Source: a virus
Lineage: Duplodnaviria; Caudoviricetes
Length of the DNA: 64,000 bases
IMG/VR virus record: IMGVR_UViG_3300028048_000057
Location: 64,001 to 128,000 of that record
Direction: 5' to 3' (one strand)
A program made the position numbers and the translations under genes. Below are positions 27,454 through 38,168 of the stretch, one piece after another. Below the pieces are notes generated by a model, which was not told the DNA's origin, did no database searches, and was given only the letters and a program-made list of their open reading frames with translations. Position 1 is the stretch's first letter. Each line of letters begins with the position of its first letter.

Positions 27454-27909
27454 ATGAAAAAGTTAACCAATCAAGAAATTGAATTTATTAAGAAAACAGG
27501 ATTTACTCCTACTGTTTTTCAATGTAATGAATGGGATAGGACTAATAAGGCACCTTATTATATTAATAATATTGATGAAGCACATTATGTTGCTATTGAT
27601 TATTTTAATATTAATTTAATTGAATTTATGGGTAAAACTGCAAACATAAATATGTGTGATAAGATTAATTTAGATTATGAAGCCACCTATTTGTTTTATA
27701 CTTTCTTCTCTAAAGAAGAATTGTTAGATTTAGATACTTCATGGGCTCTTAAATGGCTACAAGATTTCAAATATTATTTTGGATATAGAAAATGGACTGA
27801 AAAAGATGTTGAACTTGCTATACAAGATGCTTTGGAAATATATGGTGGTTCAAGAGAATTTTATGAGTGTCAAGAAGATGGAGAAGTTTGGAATAGAGTA
27901 ATTAATTAA
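27454..27909 (+). CDS. Hypothetical protein
   Basis: Packed ORF. Confidence 0.55.
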   Translation: MKKLTNQEIEFIKKTGFTPTVFQCNEWDRTNKAPYYINNIDEAHYVAIDYFNINLIEFMGKTANINMCDKINLDYEATYLFYTFFSKEELLDLDTSWALKWLQDFKYYFGYRKWTEKDVELAIQDALEIYGGSREFYECQEDGEVWNRVIN

Positions 27910-27918
27910 AAAAAATAT

Positions 27919-27946
27919 TTGACAAATAAATAAAAACCTCTATAAT
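27919..27946 (+). promoter_or_regulatory. Consensus sigmaA promoter with an A-tract UP element
   Basis: TTGACA-N16-TATAAT. Confidence 0.75.
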
Positions 27947-27970
27947 TATAGATAGATGGAGGTACTCAAC

Positions 27971-28936
27971 ATGAATATTAGTGGTGTTGAAAATATGATT
28001 GGTAAGGAACTTACCTATAAAGGAAAACAATATATTATTGACAATTATGAAACTCATAATTATGATGGTAAAGGAGACCAACTTTATTTTGGTTTAAAAT
28101 CTACTAAAGGGTCAAAGGATAAAACATATATTTCTACAAAAACCTTTGATAGAGGTGAAACTTCTACAAAAGATGAAGATTTACAATTATTTGTTAAAAA
28201 ATTAAACAATGACTTTGATATTCAAAGTGAAGTTATCCTTGAACAAAGAAGGGTTAAAGAAGAACAAGAGAGAATCCTCAAAGCACAAGAAGAAAAAGAA
28301 GAACTTAAAAGAGAACTTCAATTCAAAGAAGAAGAAAAATTAGATGGTGCCAAAAGAGGCAAAGAAGATGCTAGAAATAAGATTTCAGCACTTTATAATA
28401 TCTTTACATCTAAAGAATATAAATGTATTGTTAAGGCTAATGAATATAGTCCAGAATTTAGAAATGCCTATATTGTTTCTTATGAAGATGAAAAGAAGCA
28501 AATGAAACAAGAAAGATTAATTGCTTCTAGAGCAAAGTATGATACTTTAGATGAATATCCAGGGGATTTAGATGAACTTATCTTATGGATGAGAAAAAAT
28601 CTCCTTAGAGTTGATGTATTTGCTTCTCCAGATAAAATTAAGAATGAACAAATGGCTATTGATGCTATTAATTCAAGAGATGGAACTGATTATCAAGTTA
28701 AGATTAGACAAGGACAATATGTTGCTTATGAAGCCTTCTTCAAGAATCCTACAACTGCACCTAAAGAATTCTTATCTTGGATGGTTAGTAAACATGATTA
28801 TACCACTAGTGATTTAAATCAAAGAGTCATGGCACATCCTATGAATGTTAGTACAGGAAAGATGACTTGTAATGCTTTAGTTAAAGAGTTGGTGTATAAT
28901 AGTGAATATGCCTTTCATCTTGGAAAGGCTCTTTAA
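27971..28936 (+). CDS. Hypothetical coiled-coil early protein (start at MNISG)
   Basis: GGAGGT RBS at 27958-63. Confidence 0.65.
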   Translation: MNISGVENMIGKELTYKGKQYIIDNYETHNYDGKGDQLYFGLKSTKGSKDKTYISTKTFDRGETSTKDEDLQLFVKKLNNDFDIQSEVILEQRRVKEEQERILKAQEEKEELKRELQFKEEEKLDGAKRGKEDARNKISALYNIFTSKEYKCIVKANEYSPEFRNAYIVSYEDEKKQMKQERLIASRAKYDTLDEYPGDLDELILWMRKNLLRVDVFASPDKIKNEQMAIDAINSRDGTDYQVKIRQGQYVAYEAFFKNPTTAPKEFLSWMVSKHDYTTSDLNQRVMAHPMNVSTGKMTCNALVKELVYNSEYAFHLGKAL

Positions 28937-28941
28937 TAGTT

Positions 28942-29127
28942 ATGAAATGGGCAATTAAAATTAGATATTTAGAATCAAAATATGGTGGAGATGGTAAATG
29001 GCATAGAAAGACCACCAAATGGTATGAAGATTCTAATGATGCTTGGGAAGAAAATGATAAATTTTTAGCCAAAAATTCTATTAAAATTGATGAATCATCT
29101 TCAAGTCTTATTCACAAGGAGATTTAA
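28942..29127 (+). CDS. Hypothetical protein
   Basis: Packed ORF. Confidence 0.45.
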   Translation: MKWAIKIRYLESKYGGDGKWHRKTTKWYEDSNDAWEENDKFLAKNSIKIDESSSSLIHKEI

Positions 29128-29130
29128 TAA

Positions 29131-29406
29131 ATGACTTATTTTAGTGTTTTAAAGAAAAGAGGATACAAGCCTCTAGTTATAGGTAGAAAACTTTCAGTAT
29201 ATTCCAAGAATCATAGATTAAATGTAGCCACTATTGTTGTTTTAAAAGATTCCCATTGTAAAGGTCAAGATATATCTTTTGAAGTTAGACAATTAATTAA
29301 AGACAATGGAAACAATCAATCCAATTTAGATAATGCCTACTTATTAAATGAAGTCAATTTTATTTTAAATGAATTTAATAGACTTAAGGAGAGAAAACAA
29401 GCATGA
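29131..29406 (+). CDS. Hypothetical protein
   Basis: AAGGAG RBS. Confidence 0.55.
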   Translation: MTYFSVLKKRGYKPLVIGRKLSVYSKNHRLNVATIVVLKDSHCKGQDISFEVRQLIKDNGNNQSNLDNAYLLNEVNFILNEFNRLKERKQA

Positions 29407-29996
29407 GAAAATTATTAAAACATTTAAAAACAATTAGAACCCATAGAAAATATGTTAGAAAGATGTGTTGGAAAATGGGACTTTTTTGGCAAGGAATTTT
29501 TCATGACCTTTCTAAATATTCTTTTGCAGAACTCAAGATGTGTAAATATTGGACAGGAAAAGGAAGTCCACATCAAGCATGTAGAGAAGTTTTAGGTTAT
29601 TCTCCATCTTGGACTCACCACTATCATGTAAATAAACATCATTATGCCTATTGGTGGGATGAAGATGAATTAGGGAATATTATTCCTATTAAAATGCCTT
29701 ATAAATATGTAATTGAAAGTTTTTGTGATATGTTAGGTGCCTCTAAGGCATACAATTCTAAAAATTGGGAACCTAAAATGCTTTATAATTATTGGGTGGA
29801 TAAGTGTGAAGGTAAAAGAATAATGCATGAAGAATCAATCTATTTAGTACATAAATTGATTTGGAATTTATATGAAATGGGTGAAGAAAAATTCTTAATT
29901 TGGTATAAACAAGCAAAAACATACTTGAAAGAAAATTATGAAAAAGGTATACTAGAAATAGTAGACAAGGAGGCCATGCCAATTTATGATAAATAA
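29403..29996 (+). CDS. DUF5662-like HD-fold protein
   Basis: H...H...V...HDLSKY...HHYH.NKHH...W...E..CD. Confidence 0.75.
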   Translation: MRKLLKHLKTIRTHRKYVRKMCWKMGLFWQGIFHDLSKYSFAELKMCKYWTGKGSPHQACREVLGYSPSWTHHYHVNKHHYAYWWDEDELGNIIPIKMPYKYVIESFCDMLGASKAYNSKNWEPKMLYNYWVDKCEGKRIMHEESIYLVHKLIWNLYEMGEEKFLIWYKQAKTYLKENYEKGILEIVDKEAMPIYDK

Positions 29997-30225
29997 AATT
30001 GTTAAACAAGCAAGTCTTAGTAAAGAGCAATATAATAATTTATATTTTGAAATTTGTAGACAACTTCAAAAAGAGGCTCTAGATGAAATTGATTTTACCT
30101 TTTTTGTTGTATATGGATTAAAGTTTAAAGTAGAAGAAATTAAAAATAAAGATAATGTAATAATTATAGTTACTTTAACCTATACAAGTAAAGAATCTTC
30201 AAGAGGAGATACAACTAATGAATAA
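29986..30225 (+). CDS. Hypothetical protein
   Basis: AAGGAGG RBS. Confidence 0.5.
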   Translation: MINKIVKQASLSKEQYNNLYFEICRQLQKEALDEIDFTFFVVYGLKFKVEEIKNKDNVIIIVTLTYTSKESSRGDTTNE

Positions 30226-30547
30226 ATTAATGTCTAAAAGTTTGAACCCTATGCAATTAGCCATTGTATATAAAAATGTGGTTGAACTTACTCAAGGTAC
30301 AGAAGTAGCCAAGGATAGAGAACAATTAAAAAAGATTATTAAAGAGGAATATCATAAATTATATCCTCATTCTTATATGCCTATTAATGATAAAGAAGAA
30401 ACTTTAACTTCTATATATAATAACTACGGAAGAATTGAAGAACTTGCCATTGAATTAGGCATTAAAGATATTGATAATTTATTAAATTGTATTGCAATGG
30501 GAGCAAGAGCAAAGTCCAAAACAACCAAAAAGAAAAAGGAGAATTAA
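30218..30547 (+). CDS. Hypothetical protein
   Basis: GAGGAG RBS. Confidence 0.55.
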   Translation: MNKLMSKSLNPMQLAIVYKNVVELTQGTEVAKDREQLKKIIKEEYHKLYPHSYMPINDKEETLTSIYNNYGRIEELAIELGIKDIDNLLNCIAMGARAKSKTTKKKKEN

Positions 30548-30550
30548 TAT

Positions 30551-31984
30551 ATGTTTTATTTAAATAAATTTATTAAGATTCCTAATAAAAGAGTAGAGGA
30601 TGCTCTTTTTTGGCTTTATCCTTATTTTAAAGATGCTAAAAAAGAACTATACCTTGTAGGTGGATGTGTTAGAGATATGCTCTTAGGTAAGGAACCTAAA
30701 GATTATGATTTTTGCACTAATGTATCTCCAGAAGAAGTTAAACAAATTTTAAGTAAAAATTCTAGATATAGTTTTATTGACACTGGATTAAAGCATGGTA
30801 CAATTACAGTTCATGATAAATGTTTAGATTTATTTTTTGAAATTACTACTTACAGAGTTGATGGTGCATATGAAGATAATAGACATCCAATTAAAGTTAG
30901 TTGGACTTCTAGTTTAGAAGAAGACCTTAGAAGGAGAGACTTTACTATTAATTCATTTGCATATGACCCTTTAGAAAAAGAATTGGTTATGTTAGATGAA
31001 ACTTATCTATATGACCTTAAATTAGGAATCATTAGATGTGTTGGAAATCCTATTGAAAGATTTAATGAAGATGCCTTAAGAATGCTTAGAGCAATTAGGT
31101 TTAGTGCTCAATTAGGGTTCACTATTGAGAAAGAAACTTATAATGCAATTATTCAAGGTGCTCCTCTTATTCAATACATATCTAAAGAAAGAATTAGAGA
31201 TGAATTAACTAAAATTCTTTTGAGTGATAATCCTCAAATGTTAGAATTGTTTAGTTTAACTACATTAGAACATCATGTATTTGAATCAAATACTCCTTAT
31301 ATTGAATCTATGTTACAATGTGAACATGAGAACCCATGGCATTATACAGATGTATTTCATCACACAATGGATGTAATTAAACATCTTCCAAAAGATTTTG
31401 ATTTAAGGTGGAGTGCTTTAATGCATGATATGGGAAAACCTAAAGTAAAGAAACAAAGACCACAAGGGCCTATTGGACACATGGTTTATTATGGGCACCC
31501 AGATATTTCAGAAAAGATTGCTTTAGAAATTATGGAAATTTTAAAATTCTCCAATGAATCTAAGGAAAAAATTAGAAAATTTGTTAAATATCATGACTAC
31601 CCTTTAGATGAAGTTAGTGATGTAAAATTTAAAAAGATGATTATTAATATTGGCCAAGATAATTTTATTGATTTTCTTAAATTAAGAGAAGCAGATGCTT
31701 TAGCACATAGATTACTTAAAAGCACACAATATATTATTGATGCACCAAGTATTGTTAAAGATAGATATATGAAAATAGTTATGAATAAAGAACCTTTAAC
31801 TTTAAAAGACCTTGTTATTAATGGGAATGATTTAAAGAAATTTAAAGTTAGTGGAATTCATATAGGTCAGTGTTTAAATAGATTATTAGATAGAGTTTTA
31901 GAAGACCCTGATTTAAATAAAAAAGAAACATTATTAAATATAGCCAAAAGTTACTTTTGGAAATTAGGTTTATTGGAGGATTAA
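30551..31984 (+). CDS. cca: CCA-adding tRNA nucleotidyltransferase with an HD domain
   Basis: VGGCVRD..LG..PKDYD, EITTYR, EDL.RRDFTIN, EDALRMLRAIRF, ERI..E, HD.GK. Confidence 0.9.
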   Translation: MFYLNKFIKIPNKRVEDALFWLYPYFKDAKKELYLVGGCVRDMLLGKEPKDYDFCTNVSPEEVKQILSKNSRYSFIDTGLKHGTITVHDKCLDLFFEITTYRVDGAYEDNRHPIKVSWTSSLEEDLRRRDFTINSFAYDPLEKELVMLDETYLYDLKLGIIRCVGNPIERFNEDALRMLRAIRFSAQLGFTIEKETYNAIIQGAPLIQYISKERIRDELTKILLSDNPQMLELFSLTTLEHHVFESNTPYIESMLQCEHENPWHYTDVFHHTMDVIKHLPKDFDLRWSALMHDMGKPKVKKQRPQGPIGHMVYYGHPDISEKIALEIMEILKFSNESKEKIRKFVKYHDYPLDEVSDVKFKKMIINIGQDNFIDFLKLREADALAHRLLKSTQYIIDAPSIVKDRYMKIVMNKEPLTLKDLVINGNDLKKFKVSGIHIGQCLNRLLDRVLEDPDLNKKETLLNIAKSYFWKLGLLED

Positions 31985-32007
31985 TATATTTAAAGGAGAA
32001 AGTTAAT

Positions 32008-32238
32008 ATGAGATTTAAAGTTGAACACACATATACAGATACAGTTAATAAGGGATTTGGATTAGGAACTATGGGATTTATCACATGGTTAGTATTTTTA
32101 ATCCTTAAGGTTACAGGAACATGGGCCATTTCTTGGTTCTGGGTATTTTTCCCTTTATGGCTTCCTTGGGCTATTTCTGGAGCCATCTTTGTGTTAATTT
32201 TAATTGTAGCAGTTATTGTTGCATGTGTAAATAATTAG
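32008..32238 (+). CDS. Small membrane protein (start at MRFKVEH)
   Basis: LILK.TG...SWFWVF.PLW pattern common in phages; AAGGAG RBS. Confidence 0.7.
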   Translation: MRFKVEHTYTDTVNKGFGLGTMGFITWLVFLILKVTGTWAISWFWVFFPLWLPWAISGAIFVLILIVAVIVACVNN

Positions 32239-32249
32239 GAGGGACTAAT

Positions 32250-34514
32250 ATGAGAACCTTATTGTTAATGAGAGGTGCTCCAGGTGCTGGTAAGACTACT
32301 TGGATAAAAGAACATGGTTTAGAAAAATATGCACTATCACCAGATAATATGAGAGAACTTTGTAGTTCAGTTGAATTACAACCAACAGGTGAGTTTAAGA
32401 TTTCTCAAGCAAGAGATAATGAAAATGTTGTTTGGGATGTTCTTATGAAAGTTCTTGAACATAGAATGTCTAGAGGTGAGTTTACAGTTATTGATGCAAC
32501 TTGTTCTAAGACAAAGGATATGCAAAAATATAAAGACTTGGCTTCACAATATAGATATAGAATGTATGTGGTTGATTTCACAGACATCCCTTTAGAAACT
32601 TGTTTAGCCCAAAATAAAATGAGGGATGAAATTAAGCAAGTTCCATCTAATGCTATTAGAAATATTTATGCTAGGTTTGCTACTCAAAAAGTTCCTAGTG
32701 GTATTAACATTATTAAAAGAGATGAATTTGATACTTTACTAGAAACACCTATAGATTTAACTGAATATGAAAAGATTGTATTCATTGGAGACATCCATGG
32801 TTGCTTTGATACACTTATGCAATATGGTGATTTTAAGAATGGTTTAAATCCTCATTATGAATATATTTTCTTAGGTGATTTCTTAGATAGAGGAAATCAA
32901 AATGCAGAAGTTTTTAAATGGTTAGCCTCAATTAGAAATGAACCTAATGTTTGTTTTTTAGAAGGAAATCATGAAAGACACATTAGAGATTGGGGTAATG
33001 GTGTTCCAAGTGTTTCTCCAGAATTTGAAAGAAAAACAAAACCTCAATTAGAAAATGCTTGTATTGATAAAAAGGATGCAAGGGAACTCTATAGAAGATG
33101 TAGACAATTTTCACATTTCTATTATGGTAAAAATGAAATCATGGCTTGTCATGGTGGTATTCCAAACTTAAATACAAATTTACTTTATTTACCAAGTGAT
33201 TGTTTTATTCATGGTGTTGGTGAATATAAGGATTATATCACTATAGCAGAGTCTTGGATGGGTCAAACTAAACCTAACCAATATCTTGTCCATGGACATA
33301 GAAATACAGAGGGTTCAGACATTGATGTGTGTGATAGAGTCTTTAATCTTGAAGGTAGAGTTGAATTTGGTGGTCAATTAAGAATTGTTGAATTAACTTT
33401 AAATGAAGATGGAAAACCAATTTGGAATCCTATTTATTTAGATGATTGTCAACCAGTAAATCAACAACTTAATACAGAAGAAAGAAGAGTTGATACAATT
33501 GAAGATGCTATTAATTATTTAAGAAATAATAGATTTATTCAAGAAAAAGTATTAGGAGATGGAATCTCTTCCTTTAACTTTACAAGAGAAGCATTCTACA
33601 AAGGTAATTGGAATAAACAAACTGTTCTTGCTAGAGGTATCTTTATTGATACAATTAATAATAAAATCATGGCAAGAAGTTATGAGAAGTTCTTTAAGAT
33701 TAATGAAGTTCATCAAACAGAGATGGCATCATTAAGAAATTTATTACAATTCCCAGTTAAAGCCTATGTTAAGGAAAATGGATTTTTAGCCATTGTTTCT
33801 TATGATTATAGAAATGATGATTTATTTATTGCTTCTAAATCAACTAACAAAGGTGACTATGTTGAATATATTAAAAAGCAATTAGAGCCTTATAGAGAAA
33901 ATCTTCTAAACTATTTTAGAAAAGAGTATGACCATCTTTATAAAGACAGTAAAGAAGTGAGTGGTATATCCTTTGTATTTGAATGTATTGATATTGAAAA
34001 TGACCCACATATTATCAAATATGATTCAAGTAAAATTGTCTTATTAGACATTATTTATAATGAACTTAGTTATAGCACTTATGATTATAATTCCCTAGTT
34101 CAAATAGCATTATATTTAGGAAATTGTCCAGTTAAAGAAAAAGCATTTGAACTAAAAGATTGGGATGCTTTTAGAAGTCTCTACAATCAAGTTCAAGATG
34201 AAGAATATAAATATAATGGAAATTATATTGAAGGATTTGTATTTGTAGATTCTAATGGCTTTATGACCAAATGTAAAACAGGTTATTACAATCTTTGGAA
34301 AAAGATGAGAGGTGTTTGTGATACTACATTAAGATGTGGTTATATAACAAAAACAGGAATGTTAACTTCTTCTATTGAAAATTTATTTTATGGTTTTTGT
34401 AGAGAAATTTATAATAAATATTATGATAAGGATACTAAAGAATATCCATTTAAAACAGACATTATTTCAATGAGAGAAAGATTTATTGAACAAGGTATTG
34501 ACAAATTAAACTAA
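32250..34514 (+). CDS. Polynucleotide kinase-metallophosphoesterase-RNA ligase (Rnl1-like) fusion
   Basis: GAPGAGKT and IDAT; GDIHG/GDFLDRG/GNHE/HGH; ligase KFF, KENG, EGFV, KCK. Confidence 0.9.
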   Translation: MRTLLLMRGAPGAGKTTWIKEHGLEKYALSPDNMRELCSSVELQPTGEFKISQARDNENVVWDVLMKVLEHRMSRGEFTVIDATCSKTKDMQKYKDLASQYRYRMYVVDFTDIPLETCLAQNKMRDEIKQVPSNAIRNIYARFATQKVPSGINIIKRDEFDTLLETPIDLTEYEKIVFIGDIHGCFDTLMQYGDFKNGLNPHYEYIFLGDFLDRGNQNAEVFKWLASIRNEPNVCFLEGNHERHIRDWGNGVPSVSPEFERKTKPQLENACIDKKDARELYRRCRQFSHFYYGKNEIMACHGGIPNLNTNLLYLPSDCFIHGVGEYKDYITIAESWMGQTKPNQYLVHGHRNTEGSDIDVCDRVFNLEGRVEFGGQLRIVELTLNEDGKPIWNPIYLDDCQPVNQQLNTEERRVDTIEDAINYLRNNRFIQEKVLGDGISSFNFTREAFYKGNWNKQTVLARGIFIDTINNKIMARSYEKFFKINEVHQTEMASLRNLLQFPVKAYVKENGFLAIVSYDYRNDDLFIASKSTNKGDYVEYIKKQLEPYRENLLNYFRKEYDHLYKDSKEVSGISFVFECIDIENDPHIIKYDSSKIVLLDIIYNELSYSTYDYNSLVQIALYLGNCPVKEKAFELKDWDAFRSLYNQVQDEEYKYNGNYIEGFVFVDSNGFMTKCKTGYYNLWKKMRGVCDTTLRCGYITKTGMLTSSIENLFYGFCREIYNKYYDKDTKEYPFKTDIISMRERFIEQGIDKLN

Positions 34515-34551
34515 AAAATATTACTATATTAAATAGGAGGTAATTAGTGAT

Positions 34552-35445
34552 ATGAGTATAATAGACCAAATGTATTCTAATTTTTGTAGATGTGCTAGAA
34601 CTATTCCAGGTTTTAAGATAGGCCAAAAAGAAGATGTTAATTATGATATTACAGATTTAGCAAATGCTTATATTAAAGCCTATGATGAAAATGACCAAGA
34701 AGGCATGAATAGATATATTAGTGCTCTTATGGTTAGGTATTGGCATATGGTTCCTTATTTATGGGATAAAAGCAAATCATCCAAATTAAGCATGGAAGAC
34801 ATGGTTATGTGGATTTATGAGGGTTTTGCTAAGGCATTCAAATATAGAAGTTGGTTAGACCCTAATAAAGAAGTAAGTAAAGACCCAAAGGGAGCAGAAA
34901 AATGTTTCAATCAATGTATTACAAGTGTAAGACAATATTGGTATAGACATTTTAATACTAATCAATCAAAAGTAAACTATATAGCGTCTTCTTTAGATTC
35001 TATGTATGAAACTTTAGGGGATTCTTTTGATGATGGTCTTCCTCAAGAAGATATGTATGATAGTGCAAATAATTGTAGAGATATTATTTTAATGTTAGTT
35101 AAAGAAAACAAAATATTTGAGGCTATCTTAATGGATAGAATTTGTTTTGAAGATACATGTAAAGAGCATAAGCATACAAAACAAATTAAGATTGTTTCAG
35201 AAGAAGGGGAATCTTTTGAGGATGCAACTTCCTATAGTTATTCATTGGATAATAAGAAAATAATTTCATCTTTAAAGTCAATTGATAATAATTATATTTT
35301 AGATTTTAGTAAAACTTATGGAGTTAATCCTCAAGAAGTTACTTTAACTTTAAACAAATATACTAAAAAGAATATTTCTAATAATATTCAAGAAGCACTT
35401 ATAAGAGTTAGAAATGATAAAAAGGTGATGTCAGTATTATGTTAA
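34552..35445 (+). CDS. Sigma-factor-like protein
   Basis: Region-2-like EDMVMWIYEGFAKA and an SLD motif; TTGACA promoter at 34498. Confidence 0.45.
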   Translation: MSIIDQMYSNFCRCARTIPGFKIGQKEDVNYDITDLANAYIKAYDENDQEGMNRYISALMVRYWHMVPYLWDKSKSSKLSMEDMVMWIYEGFAKAFKYRSWLDPNKEVSKDPKGAEKCFNQCITSVRQYWYRHFNTNQSKVNYIASSLDSMYETLGDSFDDGLPQEDMYDSANNCRDIILMLVKENKIFEAILMDRICFEDTCKEHKHTKQIKIVSEEGESFEDATSYSYSLDNKKIISSLKSIDNNYILDFSKTYGVNPQEVTLTLNKYTKKNISNNIQEALIRVRNDKKVMSVLC

Positions 35446-36167
35446 ATGCTTTAGACGCTTCAAATTATTTTCAATTTAATATAATTGCAGCACAAATTCT
35501 AGGTCTTAACAATGCTATTTATTGTTCAGAAGTTATTAATATTTATCAAAAGGCCAAGAAAAAGAAAAAATTATATGATGATTTTTTCATTGTAAATAGA
35601 AATTACATTACACATAGAACCACTTTAGACATTACTACTCAATATGAGTGTGATGCTTCTTTAAAAAAGGTGGGAATCATTTATATATCTAAAGATAATC
35701 CTGATATGATAAAATTAGATTATGAAAAATTTGTTCAAATAGTTACAGAAGAAGATTATAAATTCTTAAAAGAAGTAACTAAAAAAGCAAGAACAGTAAC
35801 TCCTAGTGAAGTTAAAGAGGCTAAGAAGAAAAAGACTATAGAATCTCTTCAAGAGAAAGTTAATAGTGGTAATGCTAATATAGATATGGCTTTAAGGCAT
35901 TGGATTGAAGTTACTTGTGAAAAAACATTTATATCTAATGATACTGTAATGGATTTTCAAAATGTATTAATGCAATATGCAAAAGTAGATACTAAGAAGG
36001 CTTTGAGAATTATAGAAATTGCTACTTCTCAAGCATGGACCTCTATTGTTCAAGCAATTTCTTCTTTTGAAAAAGAACAAGAGGTATTAAATAAAGTAAA
36101 TAATTTACCTAGAGTATCAAACATAAAAAGAGGCTCCTCTAAAAATTTAAGTAAAGAAGTTTATTAG
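35439..36167 (+). CDS. Replication initiator-like (wHTH) protein
   Basis: AQILGLNNAIY...L.K.GII pattern; precedes the helicase loader. Confidence 0.5.
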   Translation: MLNALDASNYFQFNIIAAQILGLNNAIYCSEVINIYQKAKKKKKLYDDFFIVNRNYITHRTTLDITTQYECDASLKKVGIIYISKDNPDMIKLDYEKFVQIVTEEDYKFLKEVTKKARTVTPSEVKEAKKKKTIESLQEKVNSGNANIDMALRHWIEVTCEKTFISNDTVMDFQNVLMQYAKVDTKKALRIIEIATSQAWTSIVQAISSFEKEQEVLNKVNNLPRVSNIKRGSSKNLSKEVY

Positions 36168-36189
36168 GTGTATAATAAATTGATATAAT

Positions 36190-36876
36190 ATGGAAAAAGT
36201 AATATTAGAAGAAAATAAAAATTGTTGGTTATGTAAAGAATGTAATCATATTGATTGTGATAAGTTTTGTCTTAGAAGATTTAAACTTGATTGTCTTTAC
36301 AATGAAGCACTAGTATCTCTTAAACAAAGAACTAGAATTCCTTTAAGATTAGATGGTGATGAATTAGACAAAGATAATTTTGATTATCTTTCTACCATTG
36401 AGAAAAATATCCTTAATTTTGTAAAAGAAGGAGGTAGTCTTTATATCTATTCATCTACTACAGGGAATGGAAAAACTTCTTGGGCTTTAAGAATGATTCA
36501 ATCATATTTGAATAAGATTTGGTATGATAGTGAATTAGTTTGTAGGGCTTTGTTTATTAATGTTCCTAGATATTTATTGGCTCTTAAAGATAACATTTCA
36601 GAGAAGAGTGAATATGTTACTCATATTAAAGAAAATGTATTGAATGCAGACCTTGTTGTTTGGGATGAAGTAGGAACTAAAGGATTGACTCAATTTGAAC
36701 ATGAAAATATTTTAAATATTATTAATGCTAGAATTGATTTAGGTAAAGCCAATATCTATACCTCTAATCTTAGTGATGAAGAATTACATCAAGCAGTTGG
36801 AGATAGACTTTATTCTAGAATTGCCATTTTAAGTGATGGTGTTGAATTATTTGGCAGTGATAAAAGAGCATTATAG
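36190..36876 (+). CDS. DnaC/IstB-like helicase loader ATPase
   Basis: GNGKT, LVVWDEVG, IYTSNL, RLYSRI, G.DKR. Confidence 0.9.
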   Translation: MEKVILEENKNCWLCKECNHIDCDKFCLRRFKLDCLYNEALVSLKQRTRIPLRLDGDELDKDNFDYLSTIEKNILNFVKEGGSLYIYSSTTGNGKTSWALRMIQSYLNKIWYDSELVCRALFINVPRYLLALKDNISEKSEYVTHIKENVLNADLVVWDEVGTKGLTQFEHENILNIINARIDLGKANIYTSNLSDEELHQAVGDRLYSRIAILSDGVELFGSDKRAL

Positions 36877-36890
36877 GGAGGACTTAAATT

Positions 36891-38168
36891 ATGATACAAT
36901 TACAATTTATTAATAAGATTCTCTCTACTAGAGATTCTTCACTTATTGAATTAAATAATTTGACTAGTGATTATTTTTGTGATTACAAAAGTGAATTTAA
37001 TTTTATTAAAAATCATTTAGATTTGTATGGAAATATTTGTGATTTGCCTACATTTTTAAGTAACTTCCCAAATTTTGAAGTTATTGAAGTGTTAGAAAGT
37101 GATGAATATTTAATCAAGGCTTTAATTGATGATTATAATGCTAGAAAGATGAGTGATACTTTTAATGCAATTAAACCACTTGTTTTAAATGGTCAAATTG
37201 ATAAGGCCATTGATATTTATAGACAGATGGGTGAATCTTTAAATAAAGGAGTTTCACTTAAAACTGTAGATTTATTGCATGACACAAGTAGATATGATAG
37301 ATTTTTAGATAAAACAGAAAATTTTAATAAGTATTATATATCTACAGGTTTTCCAGAACTTGATGAAGTTATTGGAGGATTTGATAGACAAGAAGAATTG
37401 GCTACTATTGTTGCTAGAACAAATTATGGTAAATCATGGATTCTTTTAAAATGTGCCACAAGTGCTTGTGAACAAGGTTTAAGAGTTGGTTTATATAGTG
37501 GTGAAATGAGTGCAGATAAAGTTGGATATAGAGCAGATACTTTAATTGGACATATTAGTAATGGTGCTCTAACTCATGGTAATGTAGATTTTCAAGTTGA
37601 ATACAAAAGATATATTGATTCTTTACATGAAAGATTTCCAAATGCTGTACTTAAAGTACTAACTCCAGATAGCATTAATGGACCAGCAGATGTTAATGCT
37701 CTTAAAGTATTCATGGAAAAAGAAAAATTAGATATTCTTTTTATTGACCAACTATCCTTATTAGAAGATATGAGACATGGTAGGACAGACCCAGAAAAAG
37801 CAGGAAACATTATTAAAGATTTAAAAAATCTTCAAGTAATGAAACATATTCCTATTATTTGTGTTTCTCAACAAAATAGAACTACAAGTGAAAATGGTGT
37901 GGACACAACTCAAATTGCAAATAGTGATAAGATTGGTCAATATTCTACAGTTGTAATCTTTATTGAGAAAAAAGATTATGTAATGAAACTTACTATTGTA
38001 AAATCAAGAGATAGTGAAAATGGTAAAGTGTTAACTTATAATGTAGATTTAAACAAAGGTGATTTTACATATGTCCCAAGTGAAAAAGATGGTATTAAGG
38101 GTAAAATTATTAAGGAAGAATTTGTAAAAAGATATGAGTCTAGAGATGATGGAGGAGATTACTTTTAA
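36891..38168 (+). CDS. dnaB: Replicative DNA helicase (DnaB-like)
   Basis: STGFPELD, ARTNYGKS, SGEM, IDQL, SQQNR, KSRD. Confidence 0.9.
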   Translation: MIQLQFINKILSTRDSSLIELNNLTSDYFCDYKSEFNFIKNHLDLYGNICDLPTFLSNFPNFEVIEVLESDEYLIKALIDDYNARKMSDTFNAIKPLVLNGQIDKAIDIYRQMGESLNKGVSLKTVDLLHDTSRYDRFLDKTENFNKYYISTGFPELDEVIGGFDRQEELATIVARTNYGKSWILLKCATSACEQGLRVGLYSGEMSADKVGYRADTLIGHISNGALTHGNVDFQVEYKRYIDSLHERFPNAVLKVLTPDSINGPADVNALKVFMEKEKLDILFIDQLSLLEDMRHGRTDPEKAGNIIKDLKNLQVMKHIPIICVSQQNRTTSENGVDTTQIANSDKIGQYSTVVIFIEKKDYVMKLTIVKSRDSENGKVLTYNVDLNKGDFTYVPSEKDGIKGKIIKEEFVKRYESRDDGGDYF

